Positions 1 through 14,847 of a DNA stretch of 64,000 bases are shown here, piece after piece; position 1 is the stretch's first letter; every line of letters begins with the position of its first letter. The position numbers and the translations under genes are program-made. The stretch lies in the NCBI RefSeq assembly GCF_009914755.1, contig NC_060931.1. One strand, 5' to 3'. The DNA comes from the human T2T-CHM13v2.0 reference genome, Homo sapiens. The notes under the pieces were generated by a model. That model searched no databases and had not been told where the DNA came from. It saw only the letters and a program-made list of their open reading frames with translations.

Positions 1-261
1 GAGGCAAGGAGGAAGAAAAGAAGGAAACAGTACTGATTAATATTGTTTGAACATCTGAATCCAACTATGCCTAGAATCAGATCAACCCTATACTGTTCTG
101 TTTTGCTAACCACCCTCCCCCTCCAAAAAAAAATTCCCTAGTTTGGCTTAAGCTGGCATAAGACGAGTTTTTGTCATTTGAAATCACACGAGTTCTGACT
201 AATACAGGGCTAGATTGTGGGGATCCTAGAGAAAGGAAACAGGAAAATATGATATCAGTAC

Positions 262-352
262 TCACTTTGTCAGACACTGCACTAAGTCCCTCGGATATCA
301 CAATGAACAAAACAACTTTTTTCCCTGCCTTCATGAAACTAACAGTTTCTTA
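262..352 (-). mobile_element. L2 fragment
   Basis: Resembles the reverse complement of the L2 3' region (gacactgcactaag...aatgaacaaaac...ccctgccttcatgaa). Confidence 0.5.
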
Positions 353-477
353 AGCCCCAGTCACATGAGTTTCATCCCTAGTTATAAGCATCTCTTTGTG
401 GTTTTTGTTTGTTTAATGTTGAAGTCCTACTGCCAATAGTAAATCAGAGCTAGATTTGGTCTATAACAGCATATCCA

Positions 478-950
<473 letters not shown>

Positions 951-1284
951 TGCTAATCTTGTTATTCAATATACTTTCCATGGAAGAGTGGCAATGGATT
1001 TGTTAATAATGTGGCATTTCAGATCCCTCTCCAGACCTGCTGAATCAGGATAAACCTGTAATATTTTGATACAGATAGCTTGTGTTGTCTGAGATTTTTT
1101 TCCGAAAATCAGGGGCAGGGAGAAAGAAATCTGACACAGAACCTCATTCAGAAGTGCTTTCCAACAAAATCCATTTATTTCAAACTCAAGATGGCATTAA
1201 CTAAAAATTAGATATCACCTGCACTGCTTTAAGCCCATTGCCAGTGATGTCACTCTCTGTGAACTGTATCTAAGGTCTAAATAG

Positions 1285-1368
1285 CGCATCATACAACTCT
1301 AGGAGAGAACATTGATGCTGTGTGCATGTGGATGGCACCCTCAGGAGTTGGATACTATAGCAGTCCTG
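1285..1368. mobile_element. MER91-like hAT remnant
   Basis: Degenerate palindrome acaactctagg...atgtggatggcaccctcaggagttg...gtcctg. Confidence 0.4.
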
Positions 1369-1879
1369 AATCCAGGCCCAACTAGAGATTCATTTGGAGT
1401 CAAGCTCTGAAGACTCAACCTGGTGGCTGCTTTGAAGTCATAAGGAGACCCACCTCCATAGCCAAGATGATTGCCATCCCAACACAGCTTGTGGACAAGT
1501 CAGGACTTCCAAACACAATGTGTTCTTTTTCTTTAAGGAGGAAACGGAGATATTACAAAATAGCAAGCATGCAATAGCATGATGCAAAGCCTAATGATAA
1601 GAGAATAGTTCTGCTTTTCTTCACCCCCTTTTTTTTTTTACATTTAGTTCATCTTCTCGGAATAGAGGGACTTGTTTTCCCAGGCTCTCACAGTGACAAT
1701 TTGCCATACTCATGTGTTTGCAGATGGCAGAAGCACCATCATATGGCAACTCCTAGAAGCCCTCAGCCCTATTTTGCAGAGTTGTTGAGCACATGATGCA
1801 GCTGGTAGTCCTTTGACCTCACAAGGTACCTAGTTTTAGCAGCTACAAGTGGCAGAACTACTTAAGGTACTCAGAGTAA

Positions 1880-2520
1880 TAAGAGCCTGGACACCAGAGC
1901 CTGCCTGCCAGGTTCACAACAGACGCCACCACTCACTAGCTATGTAACTTCAAGTAAGTTACTTAACATCTCTGTGTCTCTCTTTCCTTATCCATAGAAT
2001 ATGAAATGGAATTTTGTCAAAAACTGTGAGGGTCTTAAGTTTTACCCCACTTGAAAACTAACAAATTAACTTGCCACGGTTTCATTAATACTGATGAAAG
2101 ACATATGACTCCAGGATCAGAGACAAAATATTACTCATACCAAACACAGTAGGCAGAGTATCAGCTTGGCCGAGTCAGTTCTCTGAATCCTGGTAGTACC
2201 ACAGGTCTGCTTATATGGATGCTGGCACCCAGTGTGTTGTGTTACAGCAGAGGAATACAGGTCCAGGGGAAATTGTTGCTTTATAGCAGCCTGTAAGCAA
2301 GCCTACTCTTTGTCCCAGAGGGAGACATTAGCTCATCTCCTAAGATTATCACTGCAAATATAAGCCTGAAAAGTGTCCTGGGTAAAGAGTGCTCAAAGCT
2401 TTGTATTCGTGGCATACTCAGCAAGATGAGTAAGAGTGCAGGGGGCCCATGGAAGACTGTCTCCATCAGGTTGTTGAGTGAGTTGAGTGTGTTAACATGT
2501 GCAAAGTACTAAGAAGAGTA
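1880..2520 (+). mobile_element. MIR interrupted by an LTR
   Basis: MIR core ccactcactagctatgtaacttcaagtaagttacttaac to ~2010, resuming ggttgttgagtgag...atgtgcaaagtactaagaa after ~2468. Confidence 0.7.
2015..2466. mobile_element. Solo ERVL-class LTR (LTR47-like)
   Basis: tgtcaaaaactgtgagggtcttaagttttaccccacttg...gactccaggatcagagacaaa matches the remembered LTR47 consensus; it splits a MIR. Confidence 0.6.
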
Positions 2521-2699
2521 ATAATTCTTTATAAGTGGTAATAGTAGGAGTAGTATTAGTAGTAGTATGTGAATAATAGCTGTCTATTTTTTTAAGTAAC
2601 CCCATGATAATAGATGTATATATCTCATACATTATATATATATTAGATTCATATACAATATTAGTAGATATAAATGTATTAGATATAATAGATATATAT

Positions 2700-3020
2700 T
2701 AGAGAATTTTGGAAATGCAAATGAAAACAAAGAACCCACTAAAATTTCCAGTCATACCACTATCAAGTATTGTCTACTATTTTGTTTTGTTTTTTTGTTC
2801 TCCTTTGCATATATCTGTTATTTTCCTAAATTGATATACAAGTTCTTATACAATATTTATCCTACTTTCTTTTTTATTTCATTATGAGCATTTTACATTT
2901 AGTAAATATTCATTTAATACTGATTTTAATGGCTACATAATATCCCATCATATGTATGTATCATAAATTATTTACTCATTCCTTACTGCTGGATATTTTG
3001 ACCGTTTCTCATTTTCTGCT
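2700..3020 (-). mobile_element. Old L1M(E) 3' fragment
   Basis: ttttaatggctacataatatcccatcatatg...ggatattttgaccgtttc, typical antisense L1ME. Confidence 0.55.
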
Positions 3021-4677
3021 AAATACCTTCTACCCCATACAGTGTTAAATTAAATGGAATTTCAATTAAAAACAACCTAAAACATAAAATTATGTAAATC
3101 TAATTCCTGAACTATAAGTCTCTCATTAGTTGGCAATGAGTTTGTCCTTTTTCTTTAAACCACATGAAACAACATCTAATTTATCCCAAGCCTGCTTAAT
3201 CTGACCTAGACACTTTTCTCATTAATAGTGGATCACTATAGCAATGAGTTTTGCAAGGGTGGACTACTAACTAGTATTGTCATAGAGGCCTATATAATTT
3301 AGGAAAACAAACTCTGGAAAATTTATGCTTCTCTGTGGAAATATGTCCCCTGTCCTTCACCCATCTTCTAACTAAATAAGTAAGCAAGAGGAAAAAAAAG
3401 CAGCACGAAAACAGGTACCAAAAACACCCACACATAAAATGATAAAATGTATATATTTTCCTGTACAAGGTCACTCAAGATTAACCTAATAACTTTTACT
3501 CTAGATCTATTAATAATTATAAACAACTTTCTCGGCAGTTAACATTTATTGAATCCTTTCAACATACCAGGCTCATGTAAAAATGAGACATATTATATGT
3601 CTGATTTTAGTCTCTGCAAATTGTGAAACATTTATAAATATTGGACAAGGATTTTAAAGGTGGGCAGCATGTATATAGTCAGGCTTACAAGCAGAAAGCT
3701 GAGAAAATACAGAAGATCTATGAAAAGTATATCTGAGTTCTAAAACCATAACCATCTTAGTGTATTTAGTATATGGGCATCCACACAGGAACATCCGAAG
3801 AGAAACTTTAACTGATAAATATTCCTTCAAGTTATCAAGAAAACACTTCATTGAAGTTTACTTTGTGAAAAACATGCATTTACTCAAGATATATTTAACA
3901 AGTATTTTCACTAATGTGCATAAAGCAGTTATCTTCATTTTTTTAAAAATGCATGTATGTGGAACCAATTTTTGTATGTGTTAAGTATGTGGAACTTTTA
4001 GTCATTGCTTTGTTGAATGGGCCACCTATGTCATTCTTTCTTTCTATTTTGTTTTCATTTCATCAAATAATTAGTTCCCTTCTCTGAAATTTTTACAGTA
4101 ATGGAAGACATAGCATTGGCTAATCAAATGAAATGTAAAGAACAACAATGAAGAATAAAAACCTACAACAAGATGATACTCTAATCAGAGGACATGGAAA
4201 TGGAAGAAAGTGTGTGCTATGAGATGTTAGCATATATTTCCTTTGTTTATAAGCCAAATAGGATTAGGCTTCCAGAATTTTTGGAAAGAAAATTAAATCA
4301 ACGGAATTCTATTTAACTGATTGGTGTATTGTTTATTGACACTGTCTCTTCTGTTCCCTGCCTTATCTCAGTTTGCTTTAATGCTTCAGTGCCTCAACAG
4401 TTCAGTTGGAGTAAGTGCCCAGCAAATGTATAAAGCCAATTAATGCAACCCAGTTACCATTCAAATTTGCCAAGACAAAAGAAGTGTAACCTTCTTTAAG
4501 TTCTTTGGCTTCATTAAACTTCTATTTATTTAATACTTCCATTAACAGGCAATTAATTCAAATCAAACGAGTTTGGAATGAGGATAAAAGCAGAACAGCA
4601 GCAGTGAAAGGTGAGACACAAGGGCCAAACTGTGGTGCAGAAGCTGAGGAAACTCAGGTGAGGTTAGGAGAGTCTAA

Positions 4678-5027
<350 letters not shown>

Positions 5028-5147
5028 TCTTTCCTAAAGTCTTAAGACCATCACTAGTTGAGGAAGAGGACTGACAGCGAGTGTGATGAGTTGAGAAAGC
5101 AGTCTCTATGGGCCCCGCAGTTAGGAGAGTGAAGGCAAGAAAAGGAT

Positions 5148-5159
5148 GTTCCTGGCAAC
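5148..5159. promoter_or_regulatory. Candidate RFX X-box
   Basis: GTTCCTGGCAAC fits GTYNCY-N0-3-RGYAAC within a locally CpG-retaining unique patch; motif match only. Confidence 0.25.
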
Positions 5160-6507
5160 GAATCAGTCACGTCTCTTTGTGAAGCAGGCCCTAGGGATCA
5201 CCCTCCCCGGAGTAGGTCCTGACAAACTATGGAGATGGGCCAAGGAACAGGAGCAGCAATAGGCTTAGAAATGGTCTCTGGAGACCACTTAAAGTCTAAA
5301 ATTTTGATGGATTGAAATGCTATCATTCTGGTAGTTAAAAGAAAATTGTCATCATAAACACTAATTTGCAAATAGCAGGCACACATACCAAGACATGTAC
5401 TCATTTTTGTTCCAATATAAATGAAGAACTCTTTACTGGGCAATTATATATGAGGGAAAAGTCTTTAGCCTTGAGAAGTAACAGCTCACTCAACAGTAAG
5501 ATCAAAGAGTGGCATGATGTCTTCAGCACACTATTTTAATGTTTAGCCAGGAAAAAACAAATATTCTACTAATCCTTGGTTTAGTTTCAATGTGTGACTT
5601 TCAATCTGGCTTTTGAATATAATCACTCAGTTCTATCATTATAGATATAATTAAAATGATGGAGAAATTATAGATTATGATACAAAACAGAATATGACTT
5701 TGCCCTTATGTCTCAGGCACTTTATATAGGGTATCTCATTTGACTTTCACAACAAATCAGAAAAATTGAGTAAATTACTCATTGTCCAAGTTGATACAGC
5801 TTACTGGAAAAGAAGCAAAGATTTGATTTTAAGATAGTCTGGCTTCATGTTCTATCCATTCAACCATACTGCCTTCCTTCATTTCTTGACGTAAGAAGGT
5901 GAAGGATTGACACTTCAACTGGAAGAGACACAAACCATGGATTATCTTTCCAACTGAGGCATAAATGCATTTTCATAATACAAAGACATTAGGAAAATCT
6001 TTAAAGGAAGTGAGAAAAGGCCCTATCCACTGGAAAACTTTCTTGATCTTCCAAATATTTCCAAAATACTGGGGATTCCACATCCAGTCAGTAGGAACCA
6101 AATACCAAAGAACTGATTTTCCACATGGCAGGGGATTCCTCAGTCACCACCTTTATTTTCCCCTTCTCAGCACCAAGAAATATTACACCACAGAAATGTA
6201 TATATGGAATATTTAAGATATAAAATGTGTATTAAAAAACAACAAATAGTCAGGGACTCACCTCCCAACTTAAGAAATACCACCTTGCAAAAATTTTGGA
6301 AGTCTCTGAGAACTGATCTTTGATCACAGCCCACTCACTCTCTCACAGAATAACTATTACTATAAATTTCATGCCTATTTCCATATATTTTTATACTTTT
6401 ACTCCATCTGTATACATTCTTAAACAACATATACCATAGTTTTTTCATGTTTCCAAAACTAAATGTAAATGGGTTCATATAGTATAAATTCTTATGCAAC
6501 CTATTTT

Positions 6508-7040
6508 TTTTTAATTAAGTTCTGGGATATATGTGCAGAACGTGCAGGTTTGTTACATAGGTATGCACGTGCCATGGTGGTTTGCTGCACTAATCAACCC
6601 GTCATCTACATTAGGTATTCCTACTAATGCTATCCCTCCCCTAGTCCCCACCCCACGACAGGCCCCGGTGTGTGACATTCCCCTCTGTGTCCCTGTGTTC
6701 TCATTGTTCAACTTCCACTTATGAGTGAGAACATGCAGTGTGTGGTTTTCTGTTCCTGTGTTAGTTTGCTGAGAATGATGGTTTCCAGCTTCATCCATGT
6801 CCCTGCAAAGGACAAGAACTCATTCTTTTTTATGGCTGCATAGTATTCCATGGTGTATATGTGCCACATTTTCATTATCCAGTCTATCATTGATGAGCAT
6901 TTGAGTTGGTTCCAAGTCTTTGCTATTGTGAATAGTGCTGCAATAAACATACATGTGCATGTGTCTCTAAAGTAGAATGATTTCTAATCCTTTGAGTATA
7001 TACCCAGTAATAGGATTGCTGGGTCAAATGGTATTTCTGA
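6508..7040 (-). mobile_element. 5'-truncated L1PA 3' end (about L1PA7/8-like)
   Basis: ORF2 C-terminus (TIAKTWNQ...MWHIYTMEYYAAIKKNEF) plus 3'UTR; TSD caacctattttt starting at 6497 and 7041. Confidence 0.92.
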
Positions 7041-7367
<327 letters not shown>

Positions 7368-7884
7368 TCTTTTTTTTTATATATCAGGATTTATAATAAC
7401 ATTTCCACTACATTATTCTATTGTATCAATATATACCCATTTTCCTATTTACAAACAGGATTGCTTTGCCATTACAAGAAATACTGTTCTAAATGTCCTC
7501 ATCTATTTCTACACATAAGAATTTCTCTGAGCTACATTTAGAAGTGAAATTTCTGGATCAAAGGATATATGCACCTTCAACTTAACTAGACATTAAAAAA
7601 GGAGTTGTACAAGTTCACAATCCCTCTCTCTTCCCATTTTTTCAAACAGATACTACCAAATATAAATTTCTACTCTAACAATGTTTGGTTCCAAGTGAAT
7701 CATCATTCCAGCAGACATTTTTTAAAGTTTGCTTGCCTTTTTCTCTACAATTATGTTCCACCTCCTCAACCCAAGTAATTAGCTAAGGTAATCAGGCCAG
7801 AGTCCAAGCTGATTACCAGTAATTAAATGTAGCTTTTCTTATCTTCAGTGTGTCCATACTGAAAAATAAAGATATCTTTCCTCT

Positions 7885-8170
7885 TCTTGAGGGCAATTTG
7901 GCAGTATCTGCCAATAGCTCTAAAAATTGCTTACTCTCTGACTCAGAGATACCTAAAAATTTACTTTAAGAACATATCCAGAGGTATACATGAATATTTG
8001 TATATTAAAATATTTGTCTTAGTGTTAATTTTGATGTTCATTGCAATGCTGTTGGTCCAAACAAGCAAAATGTCCATCAGGTAGGAACTAGTTAAATAAA
8101 AGGTTGTATATATTCACGTAATTGCCCACTAAGTGGAAATTAAGAAGAATGAGGAGGATACATATGTACC
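7885..8170 (+). mobile_element. Old L1M fragment
   Basis: gagggcaatttggcagtatc...gatgttcattgcaatgctgtt...aaatgtccatc. Confidence 0.55.
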
Positions 8171-8179
8171 AACAATATT

Positions 8180-8677
8180 GTTTTAGTTATTGATTGCTAT
8201 ATAGCTAAACATTCAAGTGTAAAGCAATTACTTATTATGTTTCACATGCCATAGAAAGACTAGAGGTGGTCTTCTGTTCCTTGTGCCGTTGTCTGGGGTC
8301 ACTCATAGTGCTGCATTCAGCTGGCAGCTGAAATGGGGCTGGAACATCCAGGAAGACTCACTAACACATCTCTCAGCCGGTTGCCACCTGGAACAACTTC
8401 GGTTCCTTTCCATACAGATTCCCCTCATTCAGAAGGCTAGAACCACTTCCTTACAGCATGGTAGTGGGTTTCAAGAGGGAATGAACCAAGAGAACAAGCC
8501 CTAGCTTACAAATTCCTGTCAAGTCCCTGCTTGCATCAAGCTTACTAGTGTTTCACTGGCCAAAGCAAGACAGACAGATGGCCAAGCCCAGACACAATTT
8601 GGGAGAAGACTGTACAAGGGTGCATATTCCAGGAGGCATGGTTTTTTGGGGATCATCAGTTTAACAGTCTACCGCAA
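8180..8677 (-). mobile_element. MLT1 (MaLR) solo LTR
   Basis: gctgcattcagctggcagct...ggccaaagcaag...atggccaagcccaga...cagtctacc. Confidence 0.7.
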
Positions 8678-8876
8678 TTACTGTGAAAAAAGAAAAAGAA
8701 GAGTAAAATAGGATAACCATTGTTTTAAGTGTTTGCACAGAAAATATGTGGAAGAATACATATCAAATAGTGTTTGAAACAGCGGAGTGAAATTTGCATG
8801 GGAAGTAGTAGTAGGAAACGTGAGATTTTTAAATTCATGTATGTATGTGTGTTTCTTGATTTTTTATAATAATCAT

Positions 8877-9235
<359 letters not shown>

Positions 9236-11357
9236 TGAAAGAAAATGAGGTTGTAGAAGAATAATTATATAGGAGAATGTTTATAATATGTCCATTTAAA
9301 AAATGTTAATGGTTATTTTAGAATAAGGAATTGTGAGCAACTGATTCTCTTCATCATGATTTTCTGTAACTTCTATACTTTGTATAAGAAATACACACAA
9401 ATCTTAAAATCAGAGAAAACAATAAAGAGGAAATAGAACCAACTCAAACCACTGACCATATCTTTCTTATTCCCCACACAGGTATTTCCACATTATTGCA
9501 ACATCATTTTGTTGACATATTATATTATCAAGATGTTCACATGTCTAGCTGTAATAAAATAAAAATTTCCCAGTGACTTTATGTGCTAATCTATTCTCCA
9601 TCGTGTTTTGCAACTTAATAAGATCATGAAGCAACTGTACTCTGCTATATGATGATGGGTTTTTCCAAATGTGCATATTGGATTTCCCAAATTTGAATCC
9701 ATATTTGCTAACTTATGAGGCAGTTTCCCCAGTTGTTCACAGCATTAATCATGCCTTAACCATGTCATCAGTCCTTTGACAGCAAGGAAAAAGTGCATTT
9801 CTTTTGTATATTGTGTCTTGAGTATAGATTTCCCCCACCCCCACCACATTCAATTTTTTAAAAATGCACAAACAAATCCGATCTTCTGTGGATCTTCATC
9901 TATTTTTTTAAAATGGGCATCATTAATATAATCTAGTCCCATTTAACTGGATGTTCAGTACTCTACGTGATGGCAAAAAATCAAGATCATTTTTCCCTGC
10001 TTCTAATAAGGAGATATTTTTATTTTTAATTTAACATTATGTTTAAAAATATGTCCATCATAATTCATGAAGATCTAGTTAAATTTAACTTTGGTTTATT
10101 ATTATTTATATAAACTTTAAAACACAAAACAAATTTATGTGATGTTTATGGATACATGGCACGTGTAGTGAAAATAAACTATGTAGGCACAACACATTTG
10201 GGATGGTGGTATTCCAGGGACAAAAGGAATAGAAAGGGTTGGGGATAGAGATTTCTTTATATACCTATAATTTTTTCATTAAAAAGAGAGTGCAAACTGA
10301 AAGAATGGTTAGATCTCGGTAGTGGAAAACCGGCATCTGTTATATTATTTTCTGAATGCTGAAATATTTTATAATTACAACATTTTAAATTGGAAAAGTA
10401 GAAAAGTAACTTAAGTGCAACTGTGCCATCATTAGGGTGGTTAAGATAGAGCCATGCACAGATAATGAGGTGATTTCTGAAATAAGCCAGGCCCAGAAAG
10501 GAATCAGATGATACACAGCCCAGCCATGCCAGGGTTATTCTGGGGGCTAGGAATTCTATTCAAGGCATGTATACAAGAGTTCTACACTTTATAATATATC
10601 GTCTTTGGGGCAAAAAATAAAGCCCAGGTTTTGGCAATGCGTCTTTCCTTTTTAGGCTCTTGCTGGAGATTGAATGGGAGTCTGAATCCAACCATCTCTT
10701 CTGCTTCTGGGACTGGACTTTGGGCCTAATTAACACACAAGCCTAATCAGAATCCAGACAAATTCTAAATACCTGGAATTTGCTTGACAAAAACAAAGTT
10801 ATCAAGGGGGGAAGTATTTTCTTTTTGTGGCCATAGCTGACCTTTCCCAAAGATGGGAGAGAAATACAAAATAGAGATTTGAGGGAGAGGTCTATAAGAG
10901 TTACATTCTAGAAAATCTATGAATATGCAACTTATATATAATCAAAGCTTCTGGAATTCCTATGCTGCATTGTATGGAAGCTTTTTCTGGCCCTTCAGTG
11001 AAAGAAGAGTACATACTTTCATCATGGCCCATGTGTGCATGGTCTGGAAAAGAAAGGTTGTGTACTTGGAAAAGTAATAGTAATTATATCTGAACCATAG
11101 GCCAGAGTGAGGACAGCAGTACAAGTACAGAGAGATGGTATTTCAGGGGGGCCTTGGTTCCTGTGTCCTGTAGACTATCATGAAGAGCATGGTCACCATC
11201 CCTATTCCCAAGTTCTCCAGATCCCCAATCTATCTTTCTACTGGATTAATTTTCAAATCTGGTAGATGGTTAAAATTTCCCATCATTTTTTGTAAAGAAC
11301 AGATTCCCTACTTCCCCCACCCTAACACCTGCTGTGAACTTTGGTTGTACAACCTGG

Positions 11358-11463
11358 TTGTGTGTGTGCGTACATGGTGCTGTGTGTGTGTGATGTGCAT
11401 AGGTGGTGTGTATTTGTGTGCATGCTGTTATGCGCATGTTGTGGGGGGGTTGTTGAATGTGGG

Positions 11464-11494
<31 letters not shown>

Positions 11495-11498
11495 TGTT
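11358..11498. repeat. GT-rich low-complexity tract with (TG)n core at ~11464-11497
   Basis: Direct reading. Confidence 0.95.
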
Positions 11499-11794
11499 TA
11501 AACTTCCAAGTAGTCCTGATACAGTCTGTGTTGTGACCTTAGATTGGGAAAATCTCTTCACTTAGATTAAGTTATTATTGAAACAATGCAAAGATTTAAC
11601 CGACAAGCAGTCTTCATTTCTGATATAGCAAGGCACCATTTTCCATTGCCAGAGATGTTGTCTTGACCTGAACAGTGGAGCTGAGAAGTTGTTATGAAAA
11701 GGGTGGTAAATAGTATCTGCATTTTTGAGTAAAAACTGGTCTTGGTTCTTGGGACAAACTCTCTAATTTGTCTGGAAGGAACAAATCAATTGTA

Positions 11795-11905
11795 AGAATG
11801 TAAGTTCTGTGAGGACAGGGATGTGTCTGTGTTATTTCCCACTGCATCCCAAGGATTTGGTAGTATCTGGCATATAGTCAACACCATAATATTTGTTCAA
11901 TGAAC
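11795..11905 (+). mobile_element. L2 3' end
   Basis: gaatgtaagttctgtgaggacaggga...tctggcatatag...atatttgttcaatgaa. Confidence 0.7.
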
Positions 11906-12394
11906 AAAGGACAGAAGAAATGCAGAGGCAGATTTGTTCTCAGCAACGCTTGGTAGCAATGAAATATCTAATGCAGATGTTTCAGACTGAATCCTCAATC
12001 CATCTGTACCAGGATACAAAAGTACCATGATACAAAAAGCAGCCTTCATTTGAGGCCTGATGGCCCAAGAGCAATCACAGAGTTTATTACTCTAATTTGT
12101 TTGTTTGACCATCTGTGTTGATGTCTTCCTTGCTTTGGATTAGGAAGAAAAGTATGGGGCCCTGATGTGACCCAAAGAGGAGGGAAAAGAGGAGAAAATC
12201 TGAAGGGGACTCCACTTTAGCAACAAGCAGCAGCCCCCCAGAAACATGCAGGGCCTCAGGAGGGCCACAGCCACTCTCAGAAGAAGCCTGACCTACAACA
12301 GTGACCACTGAAACAGTGTTAAGTTCTCCTTATCTGCATTTTAATTCCTGAGGTGGCTTCAGCCATGAGAAAGCTATGTTAAAACTACAACTCA

Positions 12395-12659
12395 CTGGGA
12401 GACTGAGGCAGGCAGATCACCTGAGGTCGAGAGATCGAGACCAGCCTGACCAACATGGAGAAACCCTGTCTCCACGAAAACTTCAAAAAATCAGCCAGGC
12501 ATGGCGGCACATGCCTGTAATCCCAGCTACTCAGGACGCTGAGACAGGAGAATCGCTTGAACCCAGGAGGCAGAGGTTGCAATGAGCCGGATCGTGCCAT
12601 TGTACTCCAGCCTGGACAACAAGAGGGAAAACTCCATCTCAAAAAACAAAAAACAAAAA
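12395..12659 (+). mobile_element. 5'-truncated AluSp
   Basis: Sp diagnostics (ctgaccaacatggagaaaccc, caacaagag-gaaactcc); lacks the first ~33 nt; TSD aaaactacaactca at 12381-12394 and 12660-12673. Confidence 0.92.
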
Positions 12660-13197
12660 AAAACTACAACTCAGTGTCAGCTGAGCATTGGCCTTAAGGT
12701 CTGGGGACAGGAGGGGCAGCAGCAAGAAGCGGCTTAGGAGGTAGCAGGATGCAGAGAGCAACAAAGTCAAAAGCCATCATTGGAAACGGCCCTCGCAAGC
12801 ACAACCCTCCATGGATTTGTGGAGCAAGTCCTTCCTGTAGCATTTAGTAAAATCTGGTAGGGAGAGTGCAAAATAACATGAAAGTTGAGCAGGAATTTAG
12901 AAAGGGGCCTTAGAATAACTATTTGGGGACTTAAAGGGAGAAGTGTTTTCTGCAGTCTGGAGAAGTTGAAATTTGGAGTGAGCTGGTGGTAACGAGGAAC
13001 GGAACCTCTCTGTTTCTTAGAGTAAGACTAAACTAATATTTTACTATTCAATAAACATTCAAGTGTTTGCTAGAAGCAAAGTATTCTAATGGAAGGACAG
13101 GGATGAATACAGGTATGGAGGATAAAAAGGAGGTACATTCACCTTTATTGAGCACACTTATTAATGGCAAGACACTAAAATGTTCATGGCTGATGTT

Positions 13198-13416
13198 ATA
13201 TGTTCTCAACAGGGTCAATATCACCTCTGAAGAGGGAAAAAATAGCTCTTGGGGGACAAAAACATCTTAGATATTAGAATAGTCTGTGATCCTCAAAAGG
13301 GTCAAAATACATAAACAGATATAATATTAAAATTTTGTGGCAGGGGTGAAGAGGAATGGCAATTAGAGAAAAAATATCTATGGTAGCAACAATGAAAAAA
13401 AGATTAAGAAATACAG
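13198..13416. mobile_element. MER112-like hAT-Charlie element
   Basis: ttctcaacagggtcaatatcacc...aaacatcttagatatta...tacataaacagata. Confidence 0.6.
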
Positions 13417-13507
13417 CCTTTTGATAAAACCAATACTTCAGGGTTGGTTAAGGACATAAAATTTTAAATATGTGCTTCTGAAATTCTCCCATGGAAATGT
13501 AGAGAAA

Positions 13508-13831
<324 letters not shown>

Positions 13832-13857
13832 TTAATTCAGTGTTCACATGTGGAATG

Positions 13858-14030
13858 TAATATGTATTAATTATTTTATATAAATATATATTTATATATA
13901 ATATATTAATTATTTTATATAAATGTATATTATTTTATATAAATATTTATATACAATATATTAATTGTTTTATATAAATATATATTTTATATATGTTATA
14001 TATTTATATAATTAATTATATAGAATATGT
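13858..14030. repeat. AT-rich degenerate minisatellite (tattaattattttatataaat x3)
   Basis: Direct reading. Confidence 0.8.
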
Positions 14031-14220
14031 AAAAATATCTACATGCCATTTTTTTCTTTCTTAAAACTTCTATTTTTTTACTCGTCATAAAAGTAATGTA
14101 TGATCATTTGAAAAATCAAAACAAAAAAGATAAACGAGAAAGTAAAAGTCTTCTGAAAAATCATATACCCCAGATATAATTTCAGTTTTTAATTTGTAAA
14201 CTATCTTTCAGATATTTCTC

Positions 14221-14293
14221 TATGTACATACGTACATACATATATACATATGTACGTACGTACATATATACATATGTATGTACATACATGCAT
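14221..14293. repeat. Alternating purine-pyrimidine TACA/TATG repeat with perfect palindromes
   Basis: atatgtacgtacgtacatat (14248-14267) and atgtatgtacatacat (14274-14289). Confidence 0.85.
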
Positions 14294-14358
14294 TTAAACA
14301 GGCATACATGTATTAACTCATACCACATCATTTTTATAGCTCTGATTCACTATTATTA

Positions 14359-14805
14359 CTATTATTAATTTCAACTTTTAGATCAGGTGTTCATGTGCAG
14401 GTTTGTTACCTGGGTACATTGTGTGACGCTGAGGTTTGGAGTACAATTGATCCTGTCACCTAGGTACTAACCCTAGTACCCAATAATTAGTTTTTCAACC
14501 CTTTCTTCCCTCCCTCCCTATCCTCTCTGGTAGGCCCCGGTGCCTACTGTTGCCATCTTTATGTCCATGAGCACCCAATGTTTAGCTCCACTTATAGGTG
14601 AGAACATACAGTATTTGGTTTCCTGTTCCCGTGTTAATTCACTTGGAATAACGGCTTCCAGCTGCATCCATGTTGCTGCAAAGGGCATGATTTCATTCTT
14701 TTTTATGGCTGCATAGTATTTCATGGTATATATGCACCACATTTTCTTCACCCAGTCCACTGTTGATAGGCACCTAAGTGGATTCCATGTGTTTCCCATT
14801 GTTAG
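14359..14805 (-). mobile_element. 5'-truncated L1PA (PA15/16-like) 3' end
   Basis: ORF2 C-terminal peptide (MWCIYTMKYYAAIKKNEIM); TSD tcactattatta at 14347-14358 and 14806-14817. Confidence 0.9.
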
Positions 14806-14847
14806 TCACTATTATTAACGGCTGCATATTATGTCATGGCAATCTTT

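Noticed and set aside
3638-3736. RGS-like peptide ...KAEKIQKIYEKYI*
   Set aside because: Bounded by stops, no good acceptor, and the similarity is too short.
9645-9780. C-box-like ATGATGA as a snoRNA
   Set aside because: No suitably placed D box with a terminal stem.
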